Positions 54,374 through 63,559 of a DNA stretch of 64,000 nucleotides are shown here, in pieces. Positions within the stretch are counted from its first letter, which is position 1, and every line of letters starts with the position of its first letter. Position numbers and translations under genes: made by a program. The DNA comes from an uncultured Ktedonobacteraceae bacterium. GTDB taxonomy: Bacteria > Chloroflexota > Ktedonobacteria > Ktedonobacterales > Ktedonobacteraceae. Location: contig CAXUEY010000002.1 in the NCBI GenBank assembly GCA_964250225.1, positions 17,231-81,230 of the forward strand, written 5' to 3'. The notes under the pieces were generated by a model. That model did not search any database and had not been told where the DNA came from. It saw only the letters and a list, made by a program, of their open reading frames with translations.

Positions 54374-55678
54374 TCACAACTCATGAACCCCTGCTTTGAA
54401 AGCAGGGGCTTGGAGATGGGGTGAATGTTCACATTCGCAGACGCGTTGGCGCAGCAGCGGTTCGCGAATCGCTGTTGTATCCAGCGTGCTTGCGCCGAGA
54501 AACTTCACGAAGCTCGCAAACCCACAGGCCAATGCATGCGCAAAGACCTCATCAAGGCCGAGAGCCTCTTCCTCCAACCACAAACCCAGGACGACCAATG
54601 TGTTGGTCGTCCTGTCGAGTTTACTGTCGAAACGGGCAACGAGACGGTCTCCCCAGAGAATAGGCAACGTGTAATAGCCGAACTTGCGTTGGTGTACAGG
54701 CTTGTAGACCTCCCATATATAGTCAAAGCCGAACAACACTTTGGCTCGTCCGCGCGCGCTGACGTGATCGAGCGGGGCGAGGAAGACGACCTCTTCCGTC
54801 GTGGTTGTCTCCAATGGCGTCCAGGCCTGCGGAACGCGCCCCGCGCTCACATCGCCCAGCAGCGCGGCGTCGCTTCCCAGCGCATAGTGCACCGCCTTCC
54901 AGCTTTCAATCTGCACCTCTATGAGGTCGCCGTCGGACAGCATCGCCTTAAGCATCTTCCCGGCTGCGCGATCCGGCTCGCCGCGCCCGCGAAACGAATC
55001 AGCTGTCCGGCTCAGCCGCGACAGGCCGGAGAAACTGACATCCTTCTTGATCAAGAAGCGGTCAGCCTCGGCCTCGTCGCTTTCGCATATGAGATGCGCG
55101 GGTGCAACTGTTTCTGTGAGGGCGTACACGCGCTCGAAGTTCTTGCGATGGTGCGTCATCACTTCGCCGGTGTACCATAAATAATATAAAGCTAGCGCGC
55201 TGTCCTTGCGACCCCGATAACTCTGGGTTCGTGTTCGCGTCGCCATCTCGAAGTCGCGGTTGGTCACGCTACCGCGCTCGCGTAAGATAGCCCGCATTTC
55301 GTCGATAGCAGCGGCGTGTTCGCGCGCCATGTGGCAAATACGCGAATCGCCATAGTCGCCATCGCGCTCGCGGCGCATGACCACGCGCCAGTGCGGTAAT
55401 TCATCCATCGGACGGACAGCGAGCCAGCCACCCCAGTCAAAGAACTTGCGCTGCTGGTAGGCCAGGTCTTCCCACATCCCAGGCGTGTAATCGAGGACGC
55501 GACTGTACAGCTTAATGTCCTGGCTGCGCGCGATGATATTCAGCGGATCGAGTTGCAGGTACTCCATCGCGCGCATGGCCTGCTCGGTCCCCTCGATTCC
55601 TCGCCAGCGTCGTCCGGGCCACAAGCCCTGCTTGCCGAGGATAAAGCGACGGGCGGTATCGGTGTTAATGATTAGCAT
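54374..55678 (-). CDS. Winged-helix DNA-binding protein, YcaQ/AlkZ-like (DUF1006) candidate DNA glycosylase
   Basis: 'ARRFILGKQGLWPGRRW', 'LQLDPLNIIARSQD', 'FFDWGGWLAVRP' and 'GYYTLPILWGDRLVARFD' fit the YcaQ family pattern. ATG 55678 follows GAGAGG. Confidence 0.7.
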   Translation of the reverse strand: MLIINTDTARRFILGKQGLWPGRRWRGIEGTEQAMRAMEYLQLDPLNIIARSQDIKLYSRVLDYTPGMWEDLAYQQRKFFDWGGWLAVRPMDELPHWRVVMRRERDGDYGDSRICHMAREHAAAIDEMRAILRERGSVTNRDFEMATRTRTQSYRGRKDSALALYYLWYTGEVMTHHRKNFERVYALTETVAPAHLICESDEAEADRFLIKKDVSFSGLSRLSRTADSFRGRGEPDRAAGKMLKAMLSDGDLIEVQIESWKAVHYALGSDAALLGDVSAGRVPQAWTPLETTTTEEVVFLAPLDHVSARGRAKVLFGFDYIWEVYKPVHQRKFGYYTLPILWGDRLVARFDSKLDRTTNTLVVLGLWLEEEALGLDEVFAHALACGFASFVKFLGASTLDTTAIREPLLRQRVCECEHSPHLQAPAFKAGVHEL

Positions 55679-55867
55679 GGTGACCTCTCTGTTTCTGGTT
55701 CTAAGTCTACCAGAAAAAGCGGTTAAAATCATTCCGCATTTCTCGTGCTTGCCCGATTTGAGGCCACCAGGTTATCAGAGATTCATGCTTCTAGCAATAG
55801 AAAGGGTCGCTAATATACTAAGGCATACCGCGACCCATTTTGTTACTTTGAGCGTATAACGCACTTA

Positions 55868-57352
55868 TTAGAGCACAACTTCTCGCGCTTGAATCACTCC
55901 GCGTTTGCTTTTCTTTCCGACGACAGTGATCTCCTGGCCTTCTTTCACGTTGCGGATATCGGTAGGCGCGAGCTTTTCACCGGTATTGGTGAGGATCGTG
56001 GACTGCTTATCAATCACCACAGCGACAGGCTTGGCGGCATTGGTGCTTTGTTGGATGACCGTACCCGCCACCACATAGGTATCGTTGTGAGCGTCGAGAT
56101 TGGTGCCGACAACGTGCACCACATACCCATCCTCGCGCACCCTTACGATATGCGCGCTCGCGGCAGTGGTATCAACCGTCTCGGACAGGTTAGGCTGCTC
56201 ATCGCTGGGCGGTGCCGCTTGTGACTCGATAGGCTCGGCCTGGGTAGACGGCTCGCTCTCTTCAAAGAGAACATTATCGTAAGTGCGTGGAACCGCAACG
56301 TGCAGAGCTTGCGGGATGGACTCGAAGCAATACTCGACCATGACCTTGTCGGGATCGTCAGCCGTCTGGAGGGTCTCTTTTTGGGTCGCCGTCAGGTAAT
56401 CCTTCAGTTTGACCGCGCTACCATCGAGTTGCAAACCAGTCGTGGCAGGAACGCGCAGGAACAGGCGCGAACTGCGGAAATACTGGGAGTTCAAATTGTC
56501 GGGTTGGTGACGCGTCAGTAAGGAAAAGATTTGCTGAGCGGTACCCACAGGGTCGCCAGCCGTGATGATACACAGGTCGAGCTGACCATCGTCGATGTAG
56601 GCATCGGGAGTAATATGGAGTACATCAGCGTAAAGACGCGTATTCCCCAGCACTACCTGCAAAGCCTCCCCCTGCCAGAGCAGGCTGCCATCACTGCCGC
56701 GTACCTCTATAGGAAAGGGGCGATACGCCGGGAGTTCTTTCATTGCCGAAAAACCTACTGCCAGTTGTTTGATTTTGTATTTGAGCGGCTTCGACACTCC
56801 CTGCATTACCGCCGCGTCCAGACCCAGGCCGGCCATTAACAGGAAATAGGGACGCGTAGCCTGCCTGACACCCTTCTTGCCTTTTTTGAAAGATTTTTTC
56901 TGCGCTTTCACAGGCGGTGCGTCCTGAGCTGGACCGCCTTCAGGTGGCACCGAGAGATCTCGCACCGTGACACGGCCAACGTCAACACTACGGCTCTCGC
57001 TGTTGAGCAAGGCCAATGCTGCTCGGACCGCGTTGTCTGTGGGGACACTTATTTCTGTGGCCCAGAGATTGGCTGTGCCACCTGGGATAACCCCAACAGT
57101 ACTTTTGCTCTCCGCGTTCAATACACCATTCACCACCTGGTTGAGCGTCCCATCGCCGCCATACGCCACAACCATGCCACATTTTTCATCAGCAGCCTGG
57201 TGGGCCAGTTCCAATGTATGCCCCCCATATTCTTTCAGGGCGATACTGGTCTGGTAGCCGCCTGCGGCCAGTACAGCCAGAATATCACCCAGTTTCACAA
57301 CGTTTTCCCCGCCGCGGGGATTGATGACCAGACCAGCTTTGTGCTTACTCAT
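55868..57352 (-). CDS. DAGK-family lipid kinase (YegS/BmrU-like) with a ~130-aa C-terminal extension
   Basis: 'GLVINPRGG', 'VVAYGGDGTLNQVVNG' and 'VGVIPGGTANLWA' form the catalytic domain. A beta-rich tail follows a Pro/Gln/Glu linker. Confidence 0.88.
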   Translation of the reverse strand: MSKHKAGLVINPRGGENVVKLGDILAVLAAGGYQTSIALKEYGGHTLELAHQAADEKCGMVVAYGGDGTLNQVVNGVLNAESKSTVGVIPGGTANLWATEISVPTDNAVRAALALLNSESRSVDVGRVTVRDLSVPPEGGPAQDAPPVKAQKKSFKKGKKGVRQATRPYFLLMAGLGLDAAVMQGVSKPLKYKIKQLAVGFSAMKELPAYRPFPIEVRGSDGSLLWQGEALQVVLGNTRLYADVLHITPDAYIDDGQLDLCIITAGDPVGTAQQIFSLLTRHQPDNLNSQYFRSSRLFLRVPATTGLQLDGSAVKLKDYLTATQKETLQTADDPDKVMVEYCFESIPQALHVAVPRTYDNVLFEESEPSTQAEPIESQAAPPSDEQPNLSETVDTTAASAHIVRVREDGYVVHVVGTNLDAHNDTYVVAGTVIQQSTNAAKPVAVVIDKQSTILTNTGEKLAPTDIRNVKEGQEITVVGKKSKRGVIQAREVVL

Positions 57353-57627
57353 GACAATGCTCCTTCATTCTTTTGTAATATAATTTCTATGTGCAACACG
57401 CTCACCAATGCAGTAGAGTTTCAGCTACGCTCCTGGAAAACTCCTTGTCAAGGCCATGCTGATCACTACGTTCATCCTTCTAGAGACGATTTAACCACAA
57501 CCAGCAGAGCGCGCGCAGTCCCTTCCTCATTTGAAACGAAGAGTGTGAACTTACCGTATCTATAAGCAGAAGTGCAATGTGATGAAAGTAAAAAGTACCA
57601 TACCTCACAAGGATAAAGGAGGCATAT

Positions 57628-58470
57628 ATGGCAGCGCTTAATAACGTAAAATCGACAGGTGTTGAGACAGCGAAAGATATGAGTAAGAAAACCCGCTCTC
57701 TGGCACGCACAACCTCAGCGCGTGTGCAAAAAGGCGGCGAGCAGACCTACAAGCAGGCCCGTCGTGGACTGCGCAGGGTCCAGCTTGCTACAACCGTTGG
57801 AGGCGCTCTGCTCCAGGCCTGGCTGCTCTACAATAAGAAGCGGGCGGGCAAAAATCTGCATCAGGCTACGAAGCAGGCAGAGCAGGTTAAGAAACAGGCA
57901 GGCAAAAACCTGCATCAGGCCACAAAGCAGGCAGAGCAGGTGCAGCATACCATGCAAAAGAAGCTGCAACCCGCATGGTCAAAAACACAGGACGCTTTCC
58001 TGGATGGGCGAGACGCTGCTCAGGATATGCTGGAGAAACAGGCAAAAAATGCCAGCAAGCAGCTCAAAGCCGTACAGAAAAATATCCCACCGATGCAGAG
58101 GGCCGCGCAGAAAAACATCACGCACCTGCAAAAAGCCGCGCAGAAAAATGTGACCTCTGGCCTGTCTCGTATGCAGGAGGGTCTTGAATCAGGATGGTCA
58201 GCCACACAGGATATTCTGGAAGAGGGTTCGCATCAGGTGCAGAAAGGCCTGACTCAGCTTGGTTCTAGTGCTAAAGACACGAAAGAAGCCATGCGCAAGC
58301 GTTACAAACACGCGCAGCGCAAGCGGGCACGAGCACGCATGATGTTCCGCTGGGGCGTGGTGATAGGTCTGGTGGCAACATTGTTATTCACGCCAGTCGC
58401 CGGTTCCGAGGTTCGCCAGCGGATTAAGGCTCTCTGGGATCGCTGCCAGCAATACCTGGCGCAAGATTAA
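57628..58470 (+). CDS. Lys/Gln/Ala-rich repeat protein with C-terminal TM anchor
   Basis: A strong AAGGAGG lies before the ATG. The helical low-complexity body contains tandem 'GKNLHQATKQAEQV' x2 and 'AAQKN[IV]T' x2. The C-terminal TM is 'WGVVIGLVATLLFTPVAG'. Confidence 0.7.
   Translation: MAALNNVKSTGVETAKDMSKKTRSLARTTSARVQKGGEQTYKQARRGLRRVQLATTVGGALLQAWLLYNKKRAGKNLHQATKQAEQVKKQAGKNLHQATKQAEQVQHTMQKKLQPAWSKTQDAFLDGRDAAQDMLEKQAKNASKQLKAVQKNIPPMQRAAQKNITHLQKAAQKNVTSGLSRMQEGLESGWSATQDILEEGSHQVQKGLTQLGSSAKDTKEAMRKRYKHAQRKRARARMMFRWGVVIGLVATLLFTPVAGSEVRQRIKALWDRCQQYLAQD
57847..57941 (+). repeat. Tandem 54-nt coding repeat (about 1.75 copies)
   Basis: GGCAAAAATCTGCATCAGGCTACGAAGCAGGCAGAGCAGGT at 57847 recurs at 57901 with 4 substitutions. 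Confidence 0.85.
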
Positions 58471-58698
58471 AACTTTCCTATCTGTCAGGAACGAGAGGGG
58501 CCTGGAGCAACCAATGCTTCAGGCCTTACTCATTGTCTGGCCGGAACGCTCTCTTAAAAGCAGAGATAAGTACTATTCCTCGCCAATGCTGGCGGCCCTC
58601 GTATCATAAATTCCCCTCGTGCGCGTGTTATAAAACAAGGGGAGCTTATCCCTGGAGATCATTCTCGCACTGCGAGAGTTTTTATTGAGGAGAACCAA

Positions 58699-59109
58699 AT
58701 GCGTTGGACACCGAACAGAGTGGTGGCCCTCTATCTGGGCCTGGCACTCTTTTTTTTAGGCATGCTTGGGTGGTTTGCCGATCCCTCCCTGCGTGAAGGC
58801 TCATGGACGTTCTATAAACTTGATCTGGTGATGAGCCTGATTCATGTGGTAACTGGCTTGATCGGCGTGCTGGCAGTATTCACTGGCTGGTCGCGGCTCT
58901 ATAATCGGCTCTGCGGCATTTTTTACATCCTTCTGGGGCTGGTCGGCGTACTTCCCTTTTTCACGTTCAGTGGCGCGTTGCTGGGCATAACCCACGCTAA
59001 TCTGGCGCTCGACCTCTCGCATGTGATCCTCGGAGTAGCAGCAGTGGTCTTTGGCTTCTTTATCACCACCTACGGCAGGTGGGCCGCTGCTCCGCACACT
59101 GCCCTCTGA
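58699..59109 (+). CDS. Small 4-TM membrane protein (DUF4383-like)
   Basis: 136 aa with four TM segments. Conserved-looking His residues sit in TM2 and TM4 ('SLIHVVTGLIG', 'LSHVILGVAA'). Confidence 0.55.
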   Translation: MRWTPNRVVALYLGLALFFLGMLGWFADPSLREGSWTFYKLDLVMSLIHVVTGLIGVLAVFTGWSRLYNRLCGIFYILLGLVGVLPFFTFSGALLGITHANLALDLSHVILGVAAVVFGFFITTYGRWAAAPHTAL

Positions 59110-59170
59110 GCGGGCTTATCTGTGCGATGTGATTTATTGATGGATATTAGCATACAGCAAGGAAAGAAAC

Positions 59171-59938
59171 ATGGAGAAGAGCAAGAGTAGCTATTCACCA
59201 ATGCTCAATGTGGCACAAACAAAACAGGCGGAAGCCCCGGCGAAACACACATCCCCCGTGACATTTGTGCTCTGGTTTATCGGCCTGGCCGCCCTGATTG
59301 TCGCCGCCTGGGTGATACACGGCCATCCACAAGGCTGGCCATTTGAAATCGCCTTTTCGCAAACGATTCAAAGCTGGCCACTCCCAGCATGGGTTCTCAC
59401 TGTCTTCACAGCTATTACGACCTTTAACGATCCGATTCCCTCTGGTATTGCGGCTGCCATCCTGATTGCTTTTATGCTCATCAAGCATTGGCTACGACCC
59501 GCTCTGTTCCTGGGACTCCTGGTCCTGGTCGCCAATAGCATCGATGCAATTATCGGCGATGCCGTGGGACGGCCACGACCCAGCGCACACCTGGTTCACG
59601 TCTCTGCGCCCCTGAACTTCAATAGTTTTCCGTCGGGTCACACTGAACACATTGTCATCTTCTATGGCTTCCTGCTCTTTCTGACCCTGACCAAACCTGT
59701 GCGTACATGGAAACACGCGCGCTGGCTCATTCCACTACAAGTATTGATGATTTTCGACATCCTCATCATCGGCATTGCGCGCGTTTTCGAGGGCGAGCAT
59801 TGGGTGACAGACGTACTTGGTGGCTACCTCTCAGGTGTGATCTGGCTGACTCTGTTCATCTATCTCTACCATCGTCAATGGACGCGCAATGAGCCTGGAG
59901 CATGGCAGGAAGGCAAAGCTGCCGCACAAGCTCACTAA
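59171..59938 (+). CDS. PAP2-family phosphatase (membrane)
   Basis: The three PAP2 motifs are present: 'GRPRP', 'PSGH' and 'ARVFEGEHWVTDVLGG'. Confidence 0.88.
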   Translation: MEKSKSSYSPMLNVAQTKQAEAPAKHTSPVTFVLWFIGLAALIVAAWVIHGHPQGWPFEIAFSQTIQSWPLPAWVLTVFTAITTFNDPIPSGIAAAILIAFMLIKHWLRPALFLGLLVLVANSIDAIIGDAVGRPRPSAHLVHVSAPLNFNSFPSGHTEHIVIFYGFLLFLTLTKPVRTWKHARWLIPLQVLMIFDILIIGIARVFEGEHWVTDVLGGYLSGVIWLTLFIYLYHRQWTRNEPGAWQEGKAAAQAH

Positions 59939-59970
59939 TCGTCAGGCAATACGACAGGAGGTCTTTTTTC

Positions 59971-62217
59971 ATGGAACAAGATGATTTTCTCTGGGGGGTG
60001 TCCACTGCCGCGCATCAGGTTGAAGGCAATCTGATGCACAATGATTGGACACACTTCACAACCACTCCCGCCATTGTTGAGCGCGTCAACGCGCTCAGTC
60101 GTCTGGGGCCTGGCGACCTCAAAGTCGATCTCCAACCGGCAGAGGAGGCACTGCTTCACGCGGATCTGGTGATGTTCAAGCAAGACCTGGCCCGCGCCAG
60201 AGTGCTCGGCGTTAATGCATATCGTCTCTCTATCGAATGGAGCCGCTTGCAGCCCACACCCGACGCGTTCGATCCCTTGCCCATGACGGAGTACTACATC
60301 CCCGCGATACGCGCGCTGAAAGAGCAAGGCATAGAACCGGTAGTGACGCTCAATCATATGAGCCTGCCCGCCTGGGTCTCGACCCCACCTTCTACCAGCA
60401 AACATATGCTGGGTTTCTTTGGCCCAAAGGTCGCGTCGCGCAAAGATAAGGACTTTCAAGCGTCGCTGCGTGGGTGGGAAAATCCTGTCACCGTGGATAA
60501 ATTCATTGAAATGGTGCAATTTGTGGTCAAAATCTTCAAGGAAGAGGGCGTGCGCTACTGGCTCACCTTCGACGAGCCGGTTGCGTCGTTGATCGGCATT
60601 GGCTACCTGGCCGGTATCTGGCCGCCCGGATTCTCGCTGGAGGGAAAAGTCGCAAAGCAGGTCTACTTCAACGTCCTGCGCGCACATGTACGTACCTATG
60701 ATCTCATTAAAGAGCTGGCGCCACAGGCAATAGTTGGGGTCGCGCACGCGATGTTTTATTGTAAGCCCAGTGCTGGCTTCTCGCCTTTTGATACGCAAGG
60801 CGTGACAAAACAGGTGGATTACTTTTATAACGAGCATTTTCTGAATTCAATCACCAGCGGCAAGGTCGATGTCGCGCTGCACCACAAACCGAAGAAGCGC
60901 GTCTATCAGGAGAGCAAGCAATTTTTCGGCATTGAGCCGGATCAGTGGAAACCAAAAGTGGACTTTATCGGCATCAATTACTACCGCGGGGTCTATGTCT
61001 ATCCCGTACCACCGATGGCCTTGCTGGTCCCCTTCGTAGGAGGCGCTTTTACCGAAGACCTTACCGGGCGGCACGAACCATTTGGCCTGCTGAACGATCT
61101 GGGCTGGGAAGTCTACCCGGAGGGGCTTTACAAAATGCTCAAACGCGCCCACACCGCTTACGGGCTGCCGCTCATGGTGACAGAGAATGGCATGCCTGAG
61201 ATAGAGGACCATAACCGGTCAGCCTATATCGTGGCCCATCTGGAGCAGGTGCAAAAGGCTCAGAATGAGGGAATCTCGGTCCTAGGCTATCTATACTGGT
61301 CTTTAATCGATACATACGAATGGTCGTATCACTATGTCCCCCAGGCCCGTTTTGGACTGTGGACCGTTGATCGCGAGCCGCGCAATGCAGAGGGGCTGCG
61401 CACCTTGCCACGCCGGGCCACAGAAGGGGCCCTGGCCATGCGTTTTCTGGCCAATGGCGGTGACCTGGCGCAGGCAGATGCGCGTTTTGGCAGCATCTCT
61501 GATATAGGCGATAAGGTCACGCTACCCACACAAAGTCCCGGTGCCTTGTGGTCAGTTACGCTCGATGGTCAGGAATTCTCCCTCTATCTGACACGCCTGA
61601 CGCCAGCGGAAGTCACGCCCGCGCGCTTGCTCGGCATGGTTTTCGATGGTACGACCCGGCAATGGCTCGCGCTGGATGAATTGGTGTGGGATGCCTCGAC
61701 CCGACAACTGAGCGGTTGCCACGCCTCTATTCAGGGTGTGCCTGCCCGTCGCTACACTGCAACCCTTGAGGGCGACGACTTTGTGGGCACCTGCACTCAA
61801 GCGGATAATTCATCCCCCTGGCACGCTCAACGCTGCTGGCTGGAAGGCATGTGGAACACGACCTCACCACTTGGAACAGTGGTCCTGAGTTCCATCGGTC
61901 GGTGGGAGACACCGCTAGCCGTCGGCAGCAGTGATAGTTGGCGTGGGAAGTTTTTCGCGGACAATTGCTGGCAACTGCTTGAGAGCGTGACGGTGCAGGA
62001 CACGACTATTACCATCACCGCGCACCCTAAAAACAAAGAGCCCATCCATCTCACAGCCACCGTCCAGCGCGATAGCTTGAGCGGCACAGCAGACTCAACA
62101 GGAGGGGCATGGCAAGCGACGCGTGTGGCTGACGAGGTACTCTCTCCTGAAAAGCCTGAACTGGAAAACGCTCTCTTGCCAAATGAGTCTGAAAAGAGCA
62201 TCACACCGTCAGTATAA
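59971..62217 (+). CDS. Glycoside hydrolase family 1 (beta-glucosidase-like) fused to a ~270-aa C-terminal duplicated module
   Basis: 'FLWGVSTAAHQVEG', the acid/base region 'WLTFDEPV' (normally NEP), the nucleophile 'VTENGMPE', and 'YLYWSLIDTYEW'. ATG 59971 follows ACAGGAGG. Confidence 0.9.
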   Translation: MEQDDFLWGVSTAAHQVEGNLMHNDWTHFTTTPAIVERVNALSRLGPGDLKVDLQPAEEALLHADLVMFKQDLARARVLGVNAYRLSIEWSRLQPTPDAFDPLPMTEYYIPAIRALKEQGIEPVVTLNHMSLPAWVSTPPSTSKHMLGFFGPKVASRKDKDFQASLRGWENPVTVDKFIEMVQFVVKIFKEEGVRYWLTFDEPVASLIGIGYLAGIWPPGFSLEGKVAKQVYFNVLRAHVRTYDLIKELAPQAIVGVAHAMFYCKPSAGFSPFDTQGVTKQVDYFYNEHFLNSITSGKVDVALHHKPKKRVYQESKQFFGIEPDQWKPKVDFIGINYYRGVYVYPVPPMALLVPFVGGAFTEDLTGRHEPFGLLNDLGWEVYPEGLYKMLKRAHTAYGLPLMVTENGMPEIEDHNRSAYIVAHLEQVQKAQNEGISVLGYLYWSLIDTYEWSYHYVPQARFGLWTVDREPRNAEGLRTLPRRATEGALAMRFLANGGDLAQADARFGSISDIGDKVTLPTQSPGALWSVTLDGQEFSLYLTRLTPAEVTPARLLGMVFDGTTRQWLALDELVWDASTRQLSGCHASIQGVPARRYTATLEGDDFVGTCTQADNSSPWHAQRCWLEGMWNTTSPLGTVVLSSIGRWETPLAVGSSDSWRGKFFADNCWQLLESVTVQDTTITITAHPKNKEPIHLTATVQRDSLSGTADSTGGAWQATRVADEVLSPEKPELENALLPNESEKSITPSV

Positions 62218-62237
62218 GCTGACGCATCGGAAGGATC

Positions 62238-62612
62238 TTGCATATGACACAACAAATGCTTCACTCTCAACCGCCCGAAGAAGTCACACGACCCAAACGG
62301 CGTCAGATTTTCCTGCACTTTATCAAAACAGGTAAGCTTATTGGTGCGTTGTATCGAGATCGACGTATTGCTGTCTGGCGCAAAATCACCTTTTTGGTGG
62401 TGATTATTATCATGCTGACCATACTCTTTTTCCCAGATTTCTTCGATGAGGTCTTCCTAAGCGTGGTGTTACCCTTTATAGGGACGGTTCTGGGGGTACC
62501 ATTGGATGCTGGCTTTGACTGGATCGCCTTTGCCCTGCTCAGCGTGAACCTGCTCCACATCTTCCCCGCCGAGATTGTCGGTGAACACTATCGGCGCATC
62601 TTTCATATGTGA
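62238..62612 (+). CDS. Small membrane protein, unknown function
   Basis: 124 aa with a basic N-terminus and three hydrophobic segments. It starts 20 nt after the GH1 stop. Confidence 0.5.
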   Translation: MHMTQQMLHSQPPEEVTRPKRRQIFLHFIKTGKLIGALYRDRRIAVWRKITFLVVIIIMLTILFFPDFFDEVFLSVVLPFIGTVLGVPLDAGFDWIAFALLSVNLLHIFPAEIVGEHYRRIFHM

Positions 62613-62633
62613 CGTGCCTGCCAACGTGTAGCT

Positions 62634-62691
62634 GAACAAAAATGTGGGGCCTGGATACATTTCTGTGTATCCAGGCCCCACATTTTTGTTC
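62634..62691. terminator. Bidirectional intrinsic terminator (26-bp perfect inverted repeat)
   Basis: GAACAAAAATGTGGGGCCTGGATACA (62634-62659), loop TTTCTG, exact reverse complement at 62666-62691. The GC-rich core is flanked by A5/T5 runs. It lies between convergent genes, and the right arm touches the stop of the minus-strand gene. Confidence 0.7.
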
Positions 62692-63559
62692 AGGCACCCA
62701 CACGCCGGTAGCGTGCCTCGACAAACGAGTAGACGCCGTAAGCGAGCAGGCCCAGGGCAACCAGACCGAGCAGCCAGGGTCCGAAAGGCTGCTGGAGCAG
62801 TTCGATCATAGCGCTGTCCAGACCTTTCGCGCTATTGGGATCGTGCTGTACGGCTGCCACAATCAGGAAGATGCCGATGATAGTGGAGACAACACCGATA
62901 GCTGCATAGCCAAGCCGCCCGATATTGATGACCGTTTTGCGTGCCCGAGGACTCAACGTGCCCAGGTTCAAGCGCTGCGTAAACTTCTTGCGATAGGCTT
63001 TGTTAAACGTGTACGCTGCTACGCCCAGGACAATAATACCCAGCACAATGACCAGAAACACCCCGGCTGGTTGCTTGAGAAGCAGCGCAGTCCAGTTCTG
63101 GGTAGAGCTGGTTGAATTTCTGGAGGTAGAACCGGTCATAGCAATCTGGAGCGCAACGTAGCCCAGCAACCCATAGGAAACGCCTACCAGGGCGTAACCA
63201 ACGCGAGCCAGGATGCCTTTTGCCTTGCGCCCTTTGCCCTCGGTATCAAGCAGTGCTTGAATAAAACTCCACAACGCGAAGCCGAAAAGACCGATAGTCA
63301 CGACGATCAGCAAGAAACGTCCAAAGGTTGGGCCGAGAGGGCTGTTGTAGATGGCCTCAAGCGCGCCGTTCTGGTCCGTAACCTGGCCGCCATGACCGGT
63401 GGCCAGTAAGATGGCCAGTATACCAATGACGACATAGACGACACCCTTCACTGCATACCCTAGCCGGGCCAGTGCTACAACTGGTCGGCTGCTGGCAGCG
63501 GACCTGGCGGTACCCTGGGCATCTCTCACGGCATTGGGTAGTCTAGCTGGTGAACTCAT
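62690..63559 (-). CDS. DUF1206 domain membrane protein (three repeats)
   Basis: There are three copies of the paired-TM motif: 'LGYAVKGVVYVVIGILAI', 'VGYALVGVSYGLLGYVAL' and 'LGYAAIGVVSTIIGIFLI'. Confidence 0.75.
   Translation of the reverse strand: MSSPARLPNAVRDAQGTARSAASSRPVVALARLGYAVKGVVYVVIGILAILLATGHGGQVTDQNGALEAIYNSPLGPTFGRFLLIVVTIGLFGFALWSFIQALLDTEGKGRKAKGILARVGYALVGVSYGLLGYVALQIAMTGSTSRNSTSSTQNWTALLLKQPAGVFLVIVLGIIVLGVAAYTFNKAYRKKFTQRLNLGTLSPRARKTVINIGRLGYAAIGVVSTIIGIFLIVAAVQHDPNSAKGLDSAMIELLQQPFGPWLLGLVALGLLAYGVYSFVEARYRRVGA

Noticed and set aside
57847-58170. Tandem repeats considered as a possible CRISPR-like or minisatellite array
   Set aside because: The repeats are in frame within a coding sequence, contiguous without spacers, and only two copies each. 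This is a coding duplication, not a CRISPR array.
58750-58757. T8 homopolymer inside the DUF4383-like CDS, considered as a phase-variation tract
   Set aside because: It is short and simply encodes Leu-Phe-Phe-Leu in a TM helix. There is no supporting evidence for slippage.
59935-60837. 300-aa - strand ORF
   Set aside because: It is antisense to the GH1 gene, which has textbook motifs on the + strand.
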